This document shows, piece after piece, positions 38,027-50,800 of a stretch of DNA of 64,000 nt. This stretch comes from Octopus vulgaris. Lineage: Eukaryota. The notes beneath the pieces are model-generated. The model saw nothing but the letters and a program-made list of their open reading frames with translations. It was not told where the DNA came from and did not search any database. The position numbers and the translations under genes were made by a program. Within the stretch, counting starts at the first letter, position 1; each line of letters begins with the position of its first letter. Location of the stretch: assembly GCA_951406725.2 (NCBI GenBank), contig OX597833.1, positions 41,664,001-41,728,000 on the forward strand. Reading direction: 5' to 3'.

Positions 38027-38057
<31 letters not shown>

Positions 38058-38087
38058 AATAAACATACTTTTATTAGCTTTAAGTAT

Positions 38088-38470
38088 TTTTGTTGAACAA
38101 GAACTTCCGGCGGTGTATTTTTCGTTTGTCACTGTTATTTATGATAACCCTAACCCTAAAACCTTAACCCTAACCCTAACACCCTAACCCTAAGCCTAAA
38201 ACCTTAAATCTAAAATCAATACAAACGCACGAACGATGTCATAAATAACAGTGACAAACGAAAAATACACCGCCGATAGTTGTTGTTGACAAACAACGGC
38301 AGTAATTTTATTCAGCTGTATACACGTCATTGATTGGCTGAAATTACCGAAATAGGACTACTTTAACACTTCGTAGTTTTTCTCAAAAATGGTATGAGTA
38401 AAAGATGTTTTACATAACACATTCTACCTGTGTCCGAAGTTTGAAAGTGTTTAGTTACAAAAAATTATTA
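38088..38470. mobile_element. Related fold-back fragment: ~55-bp inverted repeat enclosing a (CCCTAA)n tract
   Basis: cggcggtgtatttttcgtttgtcactgttatttatga / tcataaataacagtgacaaacgaaaaatacaccgccg. The downstream block resembles the GGATC MITE subterminal motif. Confidence 0.65.
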
Positions 38471-39203
38471 TTTAAATCTGTTGGTCAAAAGGTAAAGATA
38501 AAAAAAAAAAATCAAGTACCCGTGATTCAAAAATATAAAAATATAGGGATAAATTCTATCTTTCAAGACTACGGCACTCACAAAGAAGAAAGTAAAAAAA
38601 AAAAAAAAAAAAAAGGACGGACGGACAGCGGTAGCTGACAGGACTGTTTGAAGTGTTGACATATTCAAAATTTGATTTTTTTTATCTTTAAAAGGGGAAA
38701 TGACTATCTGAAATCAAATGGCAGGTAAAAAAAAAAAATTGAGTTTTAGTATATGTTTCTTTATTAGCCACACAGAGCTGCACAAAGACGGGACAAATTA
38801 CAAGGTAGAGCTTTTCTTTAGGGGATAAAAAAGGGGGTTGGTTTTCGATCAAAAGGGATCGCAAAAAGAAAGGAGGAAAGCAAAAAAAAAACAAAAAAAA
38901 GGGAGGGGAATAAAATAAAAGGAAAAAGAAAGAATCGATCAATAGGGATCGCTATCACAGAAATGTCAATATAAAGTGTAAAGGGGAGGACAGGTGAGGT
39001 TTACCCGTGGAAAGAAAAGCCTACAGAAAAGACCACGGTAACCTCGGTCAATGAAGTCACATGTTATATTTTTTTTTACAAATAAGCAACTCTGTATTAA
39101 TTTTTACGGTTCATAGGATCATAGTCAAGGTGGCTTCGTCATTCATACGTGCCATCCTTGCTACATTCACCCATCTTTTTTTAAAACATTCGCTAGACAA
39201 AAC

Positions 39204-39469
39204 GGATCTTTTCTTTTTGAAAGCCAGATTTTTCAGATCTGTTTACGTCACAGTAACAATATTTTGAGAAGCAGCAAATAATATGAGGCCGAAAGAAAGA
39301 ATATCATTGGTTAAAATTCGAATTTTTAAACAACGTTAAACTTAGAAATTACAATTCCGTTTTCATTTTGGTTTACAATTATGTTTTCTTTTGACACATT
39401 CTACCAGTATACGAAGTTTCAAATTGTTTAGTTAACTAGGAAAATCTGGCTTTCAAAAAGAAAAGATCC
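39204..39469. mobile_element. GGATC-ended MITE, related subfamily
   Basis: TIR ggatcttttctttttgaaagccagatttt; shares the ttctaccagtatacgaagttt block. Confidence 0.8.
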
Positions 39470-39845
39470 GAGGAAAGTGTTTGTGTCTAATAATATAGGT
39501 AGATAGATGTATGTTCATTTTCATTTTCACTTTTCGCTTTTACGTCATAAAAAGTTCATACAGAAGCAATAGAACCCCGATGATTGACAACATGATAACC
39601 AAAACTATCAAGTATAGCATCTCATTTGACAGCTAGCTATCTGGACAAACTAGTAGAGCCAACGACAATTCTTTGATTGATAATTGATAAGTTGTATATC
39701 GACGCTGTAGCACATCTTCAAGAACATACTTTTTAGAGTTCCTTAGTACTATACCCAGACCAGTGCAAAGTTAGTAATGGCTCGAAGCCATTTTAGTAAT
39801 AAATGCTAAATATACATGATTTATGTGGTTACGAGTATATACTTT

Positions 39846-40283
39846 GGATCTTTTCGGTTTGAACGGCAGTTTTTAACATAATTTCTAGGTAACTAAAAAA
39901 TTTTAAACTTCGTATACTGGTAGAATGTGTTTATAAAACATCTTTTTCTCTTGGCTTTATTGAGAAAATTCTATTATTTGTAAGATATTTGTTGTTTTGT
40001 TTCTTCAATTTTGGCAATTTCAACCAATCAGTGAAGTCTATTGAGTTAAAAAGCATTCTGTGCCGTATGAATATGTCCCTCGTTTAAGAAACAGATTGGG
40101 TTTATTTACATTTGTGAAGAAAAAAAAGATACCCTTCCCCCACCCTAACTCTAACCCTACCCTAACTCTAACCCTACCCTAAAACAGATTGAAATGCAAT
40201 AGATCGATTCTAGGGTCATAATTATGAGTGACAATTTCATATGACACCGCTAGAAAAAACTGCTGTTCAAACCGAAAAGATTC
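39846..40283. mobile_element. GGATC-ended MITE copy
   Basis: Perfect 8-bp TSD tatacttt. Confidence 0.9.
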
Positions 40284-41035
40284 TATACTTTTAAATGCAG
40301 TGTATGATGAACTTACATGCAACAGAACAGAAATGAATTAGAACGATTTCTGTAAAAGGTAATTCTGTATCAGTCCTGCTTGTGCTTTTAATCAATTACA
40401 AAAAGGTTCCCTCAAAATCATGAGATCATGCTTACTGTTCCTCTTTGACTTTCGCCTCTCAGCACCGACTTGACTATACCCGCAGATAGCCAATGTCCCC
40501 ATGCATTCATCCATCTACTAGCATATCTGTGATAAAATATTTCGCTTTATCGATTTCAGCAATAATCGGCTCAAAGTTATTTTGGATTACAGCCCGCCTA
40601 CTAGAACGTACTGAACTCCACACCATCTGCTATAGGCGTTTCTCATGAAATTATACCTCTAAGTCACATGGCTTCTAGATCAATTGAACAAGATTCAAAT
40701 GTCTTTCTTTTTTTATTTAAAAAAACAACAACAAAAAACTTAAAACATCATCGTGTAATGACCTAAAAACAGGGTAAAGTGAAAGATTGGTTTGAATTTG
40801 CCTGAAGAAATATGGAATGAAGGCTTTTACTGTTGTTTGACATTTGTGGATATTAGACGAGGAATCTCCATTATAAAAATTAGAACAATTTCTATTGTGT
40901 TAAACAGATGCAAATACGAGTATTTTTGTTATTTATTCAGTCTCGAATATACGAAAATTATTCTGTAATTCTCCACTTGTATACGATTTTTGTAATAGTT
41001 AAACCAATAGAATTCCCAGAGACAGGAAAATCCTT

Positions 41036-42627
41036 ATGAGTTTCCTTGCAAGTGGTAACCATCCGAAAAAGCTGAAGGAAGGCATCATATGTCCTATCCA
41101 CAAAGGTGAAAGCAGAGCAGAGGTTGGGAACTACAGGACCATCTCTCTGAATTCACATATTAGCAAAGTCATGGAGCGAATTGTCAGAATTGTTGATTGC
41201 GTTCTTAGAAGAAAATGACTTGCTGAATGAGACCCAGCATGGCTTCCGTCCAGGTAGAAGTTGCCTCACGCAGCTCTTGCGGCATTATGACTGGGTCCTG
41301 GGGCAGCTACTTGACCATTCAAATGTTGATGTGATATATCTCGACATTGCAAAAGCCTTTGACAAAGTTGATCATGGCATGATATGTCACAAGCTGCGAA
41401 ACCTTGACATAGCTGGTAAATTAGGAGAGTGGTTGCATGACTTCCTGAATGGTAGAAGTCAGACAGTTGCATCCAATGGAGAATTATCTAGGGAAACGCA
41501 AATATTGAGCAGTGTTCCACAAGGAACTGTCCTGGGGCCACTACTGTTCATAGTAGCCCTTCTGGACATGCCCACGGTTACTCAGACAGCCATTGTCATT
41601 AGCTACACTGATGACACAAAGCTATCTCAGGCAATAAAGAATCCTGATGATGTCATATGCCTGCAGAAGGACCTAAATGCAATATACAAGTGGGTAAAGC
41701 AAAATAATATGCAGTTCAATGATAAAAAAATTTCAAGTACTGCGTTACAAGGTCACAAGTGCCCCCCAACTGGCATACACAGGACCTGGAGGTACTGCAA
41801 TCCCAGAACCACAAACAGTGAGAGACCTGGTCATCAGCATGTATAGCGATGCGTCATTTCACATGCACATTGTCAAGACAGCAAAGTGCAGACAACTGGC
41901 AGGGTGGATACTGAGGACATTCAGAACAAGGGATCAAAAAGTCATGTTGACTCTATAGAAGACATTTGTTTTGAGCCGCCTAGACTATTGCTCTCAGTTG
42001 TGGTCACCATACAGTGTCAAGCTAACAACAGAACTCGAAGCAATTCAGCATCACTATACGAAAAAGATTGCCACAGTCCAGAAGATGAACTACAGGGAGC
42101 GACTGAAGGCACTAAGTCTCTACTCCCTGGAGCGTAGGCGGGAGAGATATGTAATAATTTACAAATGGAAAATACTGGAAGGACTGGTACCAAACTTTGG
42201 CATCAAGTACTACACGAACGCCCGCACAGGTAGCCATTGCATAGTACCAAGGGTACCGTCCACTGCATCTCACATAAGAAGAAGGTACTGCAACAGCCTC
42301 GGTTTCAGAGGACCTCAGCTCTTTAATGCCCTGCCAAAACAATTGAGAGACCTGCAAGACATGGATATAGAGGTCTTCAAAACAAAACTCGACACTTTCC
42401 TATTACGATACCAGACGAACCGATGGCTCGAAATGAGACACAGTTGAGGGCAGAGATGCCAAATTCTCTTATACACCAGATGTTCCATCGAACGTCTTGA
42501 TTGGTGGCAGAGAAGAGCCATGCAAGGAACGTGCACAGAGCACAGCATAAGGAGGGAAAGTCATGGTGGTGCTCCAGCACGACCGCAGCCACTTGGCTGA
42601 AACACATAAATAAATAAATAAATAAAT
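41036..42627 (+). mobile_element. 5'-truncated CR1/L2-group LINE, RT pseudogene
   Basis: QHGFRPGRSC, YLDIAKAFDKVDH, VPQGTVLGPLLF, YTDD and RLDYCSQLWSP motifs with frameshifts and stops; (TAAA)n tail. Confidence 0.92.
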
Positions 42628-43779
42628 GATATATATATTCTACCCTTCAATATCTAAACCCCACCTTCTGAAAACCTTAACTTTTGCTGAGTAATACACA
42701 AGTATGAGTGATCTTGATATCAGAATTATCATGAATGCCAGAAAGTCAATTCTGGTCCACGACAATTCCTTCTGGGTGAAGAAAGAAGGCGGTCCATTGT
42801 TCCATGTCTCTAAATAAAATAGCACGCATTTCACTTTACACAGAAGTTTTCAGATTTGCAAAAGCTTTCACTTTTGACGAGGCGGAGGAGGGACTGAATA
42901 ACAAAGTATTGTTACATTTACATTCCCTGTCAAAGACCCCTCATGTATTTTTTACCCTAGAATTTCGACATCAACGGGAAATATTTATGTTCATAAATTT
43001 GCAGTGCTTGTAGGTGACCTCGTTGTATTTGTCAATTAACCCACGCAAGGGCACAGAAAGTGGAAATGAAACTACTCGCTTCGCATCTACTTATTTTTGA
43101 CTTCGATTTCATCACTTGACACCTTTAGCGATCTATTACATTTCCAGTCACTGGACTACGGCCATGCTGGGATATCACCTTGAAGGGTTTTGATCAAATG
43201 GATCGGCCCCAGTACTTATTTTCGAAAGCTTGCTACTTATTCCACCTGTCTGTTTTTGCCGAGGCGCTAAGTTACGGGAACGTAAACAAACCAATACTAA
43301 TTGTCAAGCGGTAGTAAGGGACAGACACACACGTCACGACGAGCTTCTTTCAGTGTCTGTCCACTAAATCCACACACAAGGCTTTGGTCGGCCCGGGGTC
43401 TCTACCATAGTAGGTTTCTTTATTATTGAGTGAGAGAGCATATTATTGTTGTTATCATTAGAGCGACTAATGCCTTCTGAGTGAAATTTAGTAGACGGAA
43501 ATTGTGTCGAAGTACGTTGTATATGTTTATGTATCGAGTTGCTTCCCTTCGTCCTCCCTTCAGCCCCCAAAAAACCCCCGGTAGCGTAGCCTTTCGATAA
43601 ATAGATACTAAAATGATTGATTAAAACCCATGAAGGCGGCAGCCTAGTAAAAGAAAAAAAAAATGTTTTTCATTTTGTACACTAAACGTAAATATTGTCC
43701 AGATTAAAAAAAAAAAGGGGATAATAGGGAAGAGCAAACTAACGTCCGAAACTTATTAAAAATAAGAAATATAACAACG

Positions 43780-44076
43780 AAAGAAGAAAACATTAGCTTC
43801 TTCATTTGTCAGTTGTCCAAGCAACAGAGAAGCTCCGCAGCAAGAAGTCAACAACGTTTCTGATTGGTGAAAACAATATCTGCTGCTAGGGTGATAGCTC
43901 TCTCCCTCTCTCACAGTTTCTCTTTTATTCTTCATACTCTGGTTTAATAAGAGTGAGAGTGAGAGAGAGAGAGAGTGAGAGGCGTTGAAAGAAAGAGAAA
44001 GCTAATGTTTTAAAGAGAGAGAGAATTCTATCAAGTGAGAGACAGGAAGAGAATTAAGAGGGGTAAATATAATTAA

Positions 44077-44115
<39 letters not shown>

Positions 44116-44400
44116 ATAGAAAGGTAATAAGATAAAGAGGGGGAAAGACAGAGATTAAGTGAGGAAGTGGGAGACGAAGGTTACAGAGTGAGAGGGGCAC
44201 AGTAGATAAAGAGTATTTAAAAAGACAGAAGGGAAAGCGAGTTGTATAGAAAGACAAAATAAAAGAGAAAGAGATAAAGAAGGGGGAAAGAGAAAGACAG
44301 AGTGCTACAGAGATGGAGAGAAAGAGAATAAGCTATTCACACGCACCAGAACGGCTTTGTAAAAGTTTCAGGAATTTCGCTACTGTATCATTATCTAATT
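43780..44400 (+). promoter_or_regulatory. Putative promoter/5'UTR of the PTP gene
   Basis: X-box-like GTTGTCCAAGCAAC at 43812-43825, reverse CCAAT at 43863-43867 and a long GA-rich tract, about 1 kb upstream of the coding exon. Confidence 0.4.
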
Positions 44401-44962
44401 CATCTAAAATATAATTGAAAGAGAAGCTCCATTAATACTGAAACAATTGCATTTTCCTGTAAAGTAAACGATACAACGTGTACTTGTGAAACACTTTCGC
44501 TACGCATACACACGTATATGTATATACGTAGTATATATACATACACACATGTATGTTCTTTTGCCCCGTCAGCCCGGATAGAACAGGCCTATGCTCAAGT
44601 GTCCTGCCTTAGCCATTTCGTATAGGGGTATATCTGGTACATTACCCTGTGTCGCTCACTTTTTAGGTCTGGGTAATTTAAAGGAATTGAGCTGTTATTT
44701 CTAGCAGTTCGAGTGTCTGCCTTCGTTGCCTTGTATGTATGTTATCATTCATGTAGTACAGCTATTTGATTCAATTGATCAATCTCTTAAGAAATCGCCT
44801 GTTGGTATCGCAAGAGTAACCTGCTTTTCACCAAGTAACATCCGAGTTTTATCTCCTCCTGATCACGAACTCTTTTTCTCTTAATTTTTCCCGTTAGATT
44901 ATTCACACCACATCATAACACATTATATACATCCATACAGGCATATACATAAATCTTTGTGC

Positions 44963-45007
<45 letters not shown>

Positions 45008-45161
45008 TAATCAGCCAACACTAAAACTTTCCGAAATTATAATAGACAGAGTATTTATATCAATATATAAAGATTGGGAAATATAATTTATATACCCTGG
45101 CTTTCTCCCTTTCTCTCTGTACTCCTGTCTTAGTTTTTATTCCTTGAAAGCAACTGGAGGC

Positions 45162-45230
45162 ATGTCGACCAGTGTCGAGCGACAGTTTAAAGAGCATGAT
45201 CAGAATGGATTATGGAATGGTGTCTTTAAA
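45162..45230 (+). CDS. PTPN1/2: First coding exon of a PTPN1/PTPN2-type non-receptor tyrosine phosphatase
   Basis: Acceptor ending at 45150 and gtaagt donor at 45231. MSTSVERQFKEHDQNGLWNGVFK (23 aa, phase 0) parallels recalled human PTPN2 exon 1 MPTTIEREFEELDTQRRWQPLYL and PTP1B [21 protein letters not shown]. No exon 2 (NRYRDVSP) seen in the window. Confidence 0.78.
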
Positions 45231-45692
45231 GTAAGTATTATTTATTTTATCTATAAATTAATCCATGTCTTCTCTTTGTGTGTGTGTATATTTATTATTA
45301 TTAAATTGCAACAGACGTCACCGTTATTAATTGATGTCTTAATCTGTTTAATTTTTTTTTGGAACACTTGCTCTCGTAGCAAGCATTCGAACTGATAAAA
45401 CCAGTATTTGAAATGTCAGTCTACAATGATAAATATATATATATTTAGTGTGCTATGAAGTGATTTGAGTTAGAAAATAGAACTATCCTTGTCGATACGC
45501 AACAAATGTTTCTTTTGCCCCCTTTTCCCGTCTCATAGCTATGCTGTTTCAATTTAGCCCCTGAGAAAGATCCACGTTTCGCTGATTCATTTTGTCCCCA
45601 TCTACACATTCTCTTCATCGTACATATAGATAGATTAGTCATATCATCACTCCCTTCCATTTTCTATTTAATCCCACTCTATTAAATGGTTC

Positions 45693-45749
<57 letters not shown>

Positions 45750-47279
45750 CCATTATATGTATATATATATACACACACACACACACCTAGTGTAACCAGT
45801 ATACACGTACGCACATGTATATTTACATACGCTTATATGTATACACACACGTATAAAATACACGTATATTTCAGAGTTTCATTATTTTCCAGCTATACCG
45901 GTTTTTACATGTTTAAACATAACATTTATTCGTTTATATACCTAGTTTTCCTAGTTCTGCCTATTTATCTATTCTCTCTGTCTCACACACAAAACAAAAC
46001 AGTATGTTTCTAACCTATAAATTCTTAAACTATACAGATATACTCTTTTTTTCTTTCCGTGTCACCAGAATTATTGTCTCTTAGAATCGCGGACATGTTC
46101 CAAACTTCATACGAAATGCCAACAATTAATGAGTTAACCATTAACCATCTTACTGTTTTATATATATATATATATACACACACATATATATTCACTCACA
46201 CTCACACACTTTTAGGGACATGTTTATCTGTCAGACATGGTTTGGGAAAGCCCCTCTCTACTTCAAACCCTGATCTGTATCGCTCTACTTATTTCTTGTT
46301 GCTTCGTCCCCTATTCGACATGGTGGCAGTTCCTTCACTCCGTTTTCTGTGTAACAAAGGGCGGGTAGGGCTATGCAATAGTCTGCCCTCTTCGCTCAGC
46401 AATCCGGTAGAGAGAACAGACCGGGATTCCCTCATGTGGGTTGCGTGTGTGTGTGTGTGTGTGTGTGTGCAACACAAACGAAGATGTTTATTGTCAGTGT
46501 GTATATTATATTTTGTTCATAATTGCTGTATTTATTTTAATTTGCCACTCGGGATTTCTCTCGATGCGATCTTGCAGGCGACAGAAGAGAAACTCAATCG
46601 CTAGCGAATCTCCCTCCTGCTTGGAAGAAATAGCGATACTAAGCAACATGTACTGGACTACTCTTTCTCTCGTTTGTAAAATCATTCACGATTTGGTTTG
46701 AATAAGATTTTGGTTTAGATGCACGTGTTGGGAATCCCTTATATGAATGATGTAATTGTCTTTAAAATAAGATGTGGTTGTTAATGCGATTTAGTTAGCT
46801 TCAGGTCAGTTCTGATGGGGCAGGGATTATGACGAGGATGATACACGTTCTATTTCCAACACCTTTTTTTTTTTTTTCACACAAGGTCTCTAGGACTACA
46901 TTATCCAATATCTCACGTGTCTTCATTTTATAACAGTAAGAATGATTTGTGAGAGATGTTGCTGCTATTTCTAGCAGGTCGAATGACCACGTGCAGGGTT
47001 CCTCGTTAACTCCTTAACTAGTAAGCTTGTTTGTTACCCCCACCTCTTTGCGGACATGTGATGTGACCTTTATTCCATGTCATCTAGATTTAGAATCTAG
47101 ACTAGACGAACTCGGTTGTTTGACCTCATGTCAGCCTTGATCCAGCCGACCTTTGATACAAGGCATTCCGACCGTGATCATCCCCATAATTTTTTCCCGT
47201 GTTATCTCGAATTACATTAATTTATCCTTCCACTCACTGATTGAAGGGTGTGCTTTGAACATTGACTATTTCTCAGTCA

Positions 47280-48060
47280 ATCAAACGACCGTGAAAAGTC
47301 ACACTAGTTGTCGGTGTCACATTTCTTTACCCTTGTACACAATGTTGGTCTACTTTTTCTCGTTCATACGGTATATCTCATGAGCGGTTGTGATTGATGT
47401 TAATATAGAACATGGGAAAGCTGTGAAGCAGTCCTTAAGGCTTTCGGAGAACTAAATAAATTCTACTACCTCTTATACTGTATACTTCTTCCCTCTAGTT
47501 TTTAAATGTAATCGTTTATATGATTGTGTATGTGTGGAGCAACGTCCCGCCTTGTGTGAATTTTCCGTTTGTTCCTTTGTGTTTTTAAGAACTCTGTATA
47601 TAATTTCGGTTGCATACAAAATATAGTTTCTGTAGGGTCTCGCATTACGAAGAATTGTGTTGAAACGGATGTTTCAGTCTTATTAGACCTCCTCAGTAAA
47701 ACCTTTTCTACTATATTTTAAAGAGACCAGAATATGTCCGTTGTTTTCCCCAATCTTCGTTGTCTATATTGTCCAAAAATTCCGGATCAATTCAACCACC
47801 CTCTTGGAGTTATATCCCTTGTTTTCGGAAACAAGGAGTTTTTCTTTACTAATTGCTTGGATAATCTCGGCTTATTTTATGTGTAAGATCCCAGCATATT
47901 TTAAAATGTATAAATAAATCATTGCGTTGTGATAAAAAAAGCTTTTTGTGGTCGTCCTGAGAAAAGTCGTCTGTCCTAGGTGACGAGAAATTACCGCCAT
48001 TTCATGGCATTTACGGCGCCAAGACCACGTTCTTTTCTTTTGTCTAAATATTTCAGTCAA
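47280..48060 (-). mobile_element. Possible Penelope-like element relic with hammerhead core
   Basis: WSWRRKCHEMAVI and TNIVYK resemble GIY-YIG endonuclease motifs; hammerhead core at 47668-47696. Confidence 0.42.
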
Positions 48061-49437
48061 ATAAAAACATGTTGTTAAGAAAGTTAAAAAGAAGCAAAAA
48101 CAAATCACTTTAACAAAATGTTAATTTATTTCTGTCTTTATAATTACATGAATCACTGTTAATATGTTGTGAACCGAGGTTAGCCCTGATCTGGCAGACG
48201 TACGATAAAAGGCATTACAGCAGTGAACGGTTTTGTTTTCTTTTTTTGTTTTTCTTCCAGACATAGTGTATCTAGAACTGCAATCTCCAATGTATTCAGT
48301 TTTTTTGTTTGTTTTAATGGTTTAACAAAGCAGTTTGTTATTTGTGGGAGATTTGACTACTTTGTCTAACAGGTCGTGTGACGAGTATAGGCTCTTTTTG
48401 TTGACTCGTGCCAGAAATGTTATCTATACATTTATCTATACAACAGATAAATACATTTTAAATGGAAAAATCAAATCCAAACTTCCTAGTTAACTAAATA
48501 ACTTGTGAGGAAGTAGATATTTTTCTTTTAAATTCCGAGCTGCCTCGATTCGTACGCAACTTTGCAAACAACACGCCTTAGGCGTTGCTATGAAAGTCAT
48601 TCATATAAGTTACAAAACAGAGCAGGAAACGGAAACATTTTCTGTTTCTTAGTAACTGTTATGTTTCTCAGAATTTGCCACAAAATTTCAAACTTCTCTA
48701 GTATCCTATTCCGAGAAATTTTATGAAAATACTCGTACTTCGGCGTACGCATTTTGACCTTAATGCAAAATTATGAAAGTAATAATGCGTGTACAATAAT
48801 GAAAGCATTGGTTTCGTTTTAATGATGAATATGTTATTTCAGACGCAAATAAATTTATACAGTTTTTGTATGTCTCTTGTGATTCATTTGAATCGAAAGC
48901 GTTGTGAATTGGTATTATTAAATTTTTACACTTCATATTACTTTCATTATGTTGCTCTTGTAATCTGTAATAGAGCCCCAACATTTATTTGGAATTGATT
49001 TTCTTTGAATTCTCTTTTAAACAACCCGTCATCAAATATTTGTGTCTGAAAATGTCTATCTATATATATGTGTGTGTGTATGGTTATTGTTATAAAAATT
49101 AGTTGGCTCAAACACTTTATTTCAAAATACTGGAATTAAAAAAAAACCCCAGATAGTTATTAAACTTTTCAAGTAAACCACTACACTATCACTACCTATG
49201 ATTTATTTCTATGATAATCAAAGCAACAGATTCACTGGTTTTGGAGACGTGGTAAGGTGGTGGAATCATATATGGTGGTGCTGGTAGTGGAAATACTGGT
49301 GTATTAACATGGTTGGTATTAGAGTTGCTTGGTGTACATCATGAATCGTCTTTAAGGTTGGGAGTGAGCGAGCATGAGGTGGAACATCGGTCGTAGTTCT
49401 GTTTCCCTTATGAAATCTTTGAGAGAGTTCAATAAAG

Positions 49438-49866
49438 GGATCTTTTCGGTTTGAACGGCAGTTTTTAACATAATTTCTAGGTAACTAAAAAACTTTATAC
49501 TTCGTATACTGGTAGAATGTGTTTATAAAACATCTTTTTCTCTTGGCTTTATTGAGAAAATTCTATAGTTTGTAAGATATTTGTTGTTTTGTTTTCTTCA
49601 ATTTTTTGTTTTCTTCAATTTCGGCAATTTCAACCAATCACTGACGTCTATTGAGGTAAAAAACATTCTGTGCCGTATGAATATGTCCCTCGTTTAAGAA
49701 AAAGATTGGGTTTATTTACATTTGTGAAGAAAAAAAGATACCCCTAACTAACCCTAACCCTAAAAAATAGATTGAAATGCAATAGATCGATACTAGGGTC
49801 ATAATTATGGGTGACAATTTCATATGACACCGCTAGAAAAAACTGCTGTTCAAACCGAAAAGATAC
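49438..49866. mobile_element. GGATC-ended MITE copy
   Basis: Matches the family; degenerate TSD caataaag/caatgaaa. Confidence 0.88.
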
Positions 49867-50476
49867 CAATGAAATTCTGATTTCCAAATTTATTCACACT
49901 ATGTTATTATGTTTTCTACTTAATATAAAGTGTATAAATGCTATTATTACAAAACACTCCTCAGTACAATGATGGAACTTTAAAAAAAAAAAAAGCAAAG
50001 GACTAGAATTATTGAATGTCTGTGGATAAGTAACCCAAGATGAGTCAGCACAGTTGCTGTTTATTTAAAAATTCCACAGCCACTGTTTGAGATATTAAAA
50101 ATCAGATCGGACATTGAAAAATCAACACTTAATAATGAGAACATAGATTGTTTAGAGAGTAATATCTGGTAAAGATAATAAAATTGAATCAACATTGAAC
50201 ATTAGTTTGGCTATGTGGAAAGAATGCTTCAATTAATGGGGCTGCTGATGTGCTGAAAAGCAGAAATGTTTGGAAAAGAAATGGGTAAAAAACACCTCAC
50301 ACCAACTGATGGATAGTTTAACAGGCAGAAAAGTGAGAAAATATTGTATACAAATGTGTTCATAGTGAGGAGAGTTAAAACAAAATGGTCAAATCTAAAT
50401 GCAGATGTAACAAAGCTTTGTTTTCATGCATTGCCCAAGCATACTTTTCCATTTAAACACAAAAATGCCAAAAGTT

Positions 50477-50479
<3 letters not shown>

Positions 50480-50508
<29 letters not shown>

Positions 50509-50800
50509 TGTGTACAGTGCTCAGGTGCACTACAACTCATCTAAAGTGTATATATAATCAGGTGTAGTTTCGGCGGATTTCGGAAAGCATGAGGGCCTTA
50601 AAGGATGCAGTGTCATGGCAGTCAACAACTGACACAGGCAGTTTATTCCATGCTTCAGCAACTCTGAGCGTGAAAAAATGTTTCCGAAAGTCATGGGAGC
50701 TGTGTTGTTTTCTGACTTTGTAGGCATGTCCACGTGTGTTAGACACATGGAGATCAAAAACGTGTTCAGTGTTGTTGTTGGTGAGGTAGTTGATAACTTT
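50480..50800 (-). mobile_element. CR1/L2-type LINE 3' end
   Basis: TRGHAYKV...RKHFFTLRVAEAWNKLP; (TTA)n tail. Confidence 0.8.

Noticed and set aside
38140-38210. True telomere or chromosome-fusion scar
   Set aside because: The tract is short, degenerate and enclosed in transposon inverted repeats.
46059-46604. 181-aa ORF
   Set aside because: Runs through TA, CA and TG repeats with no recognisable domain.
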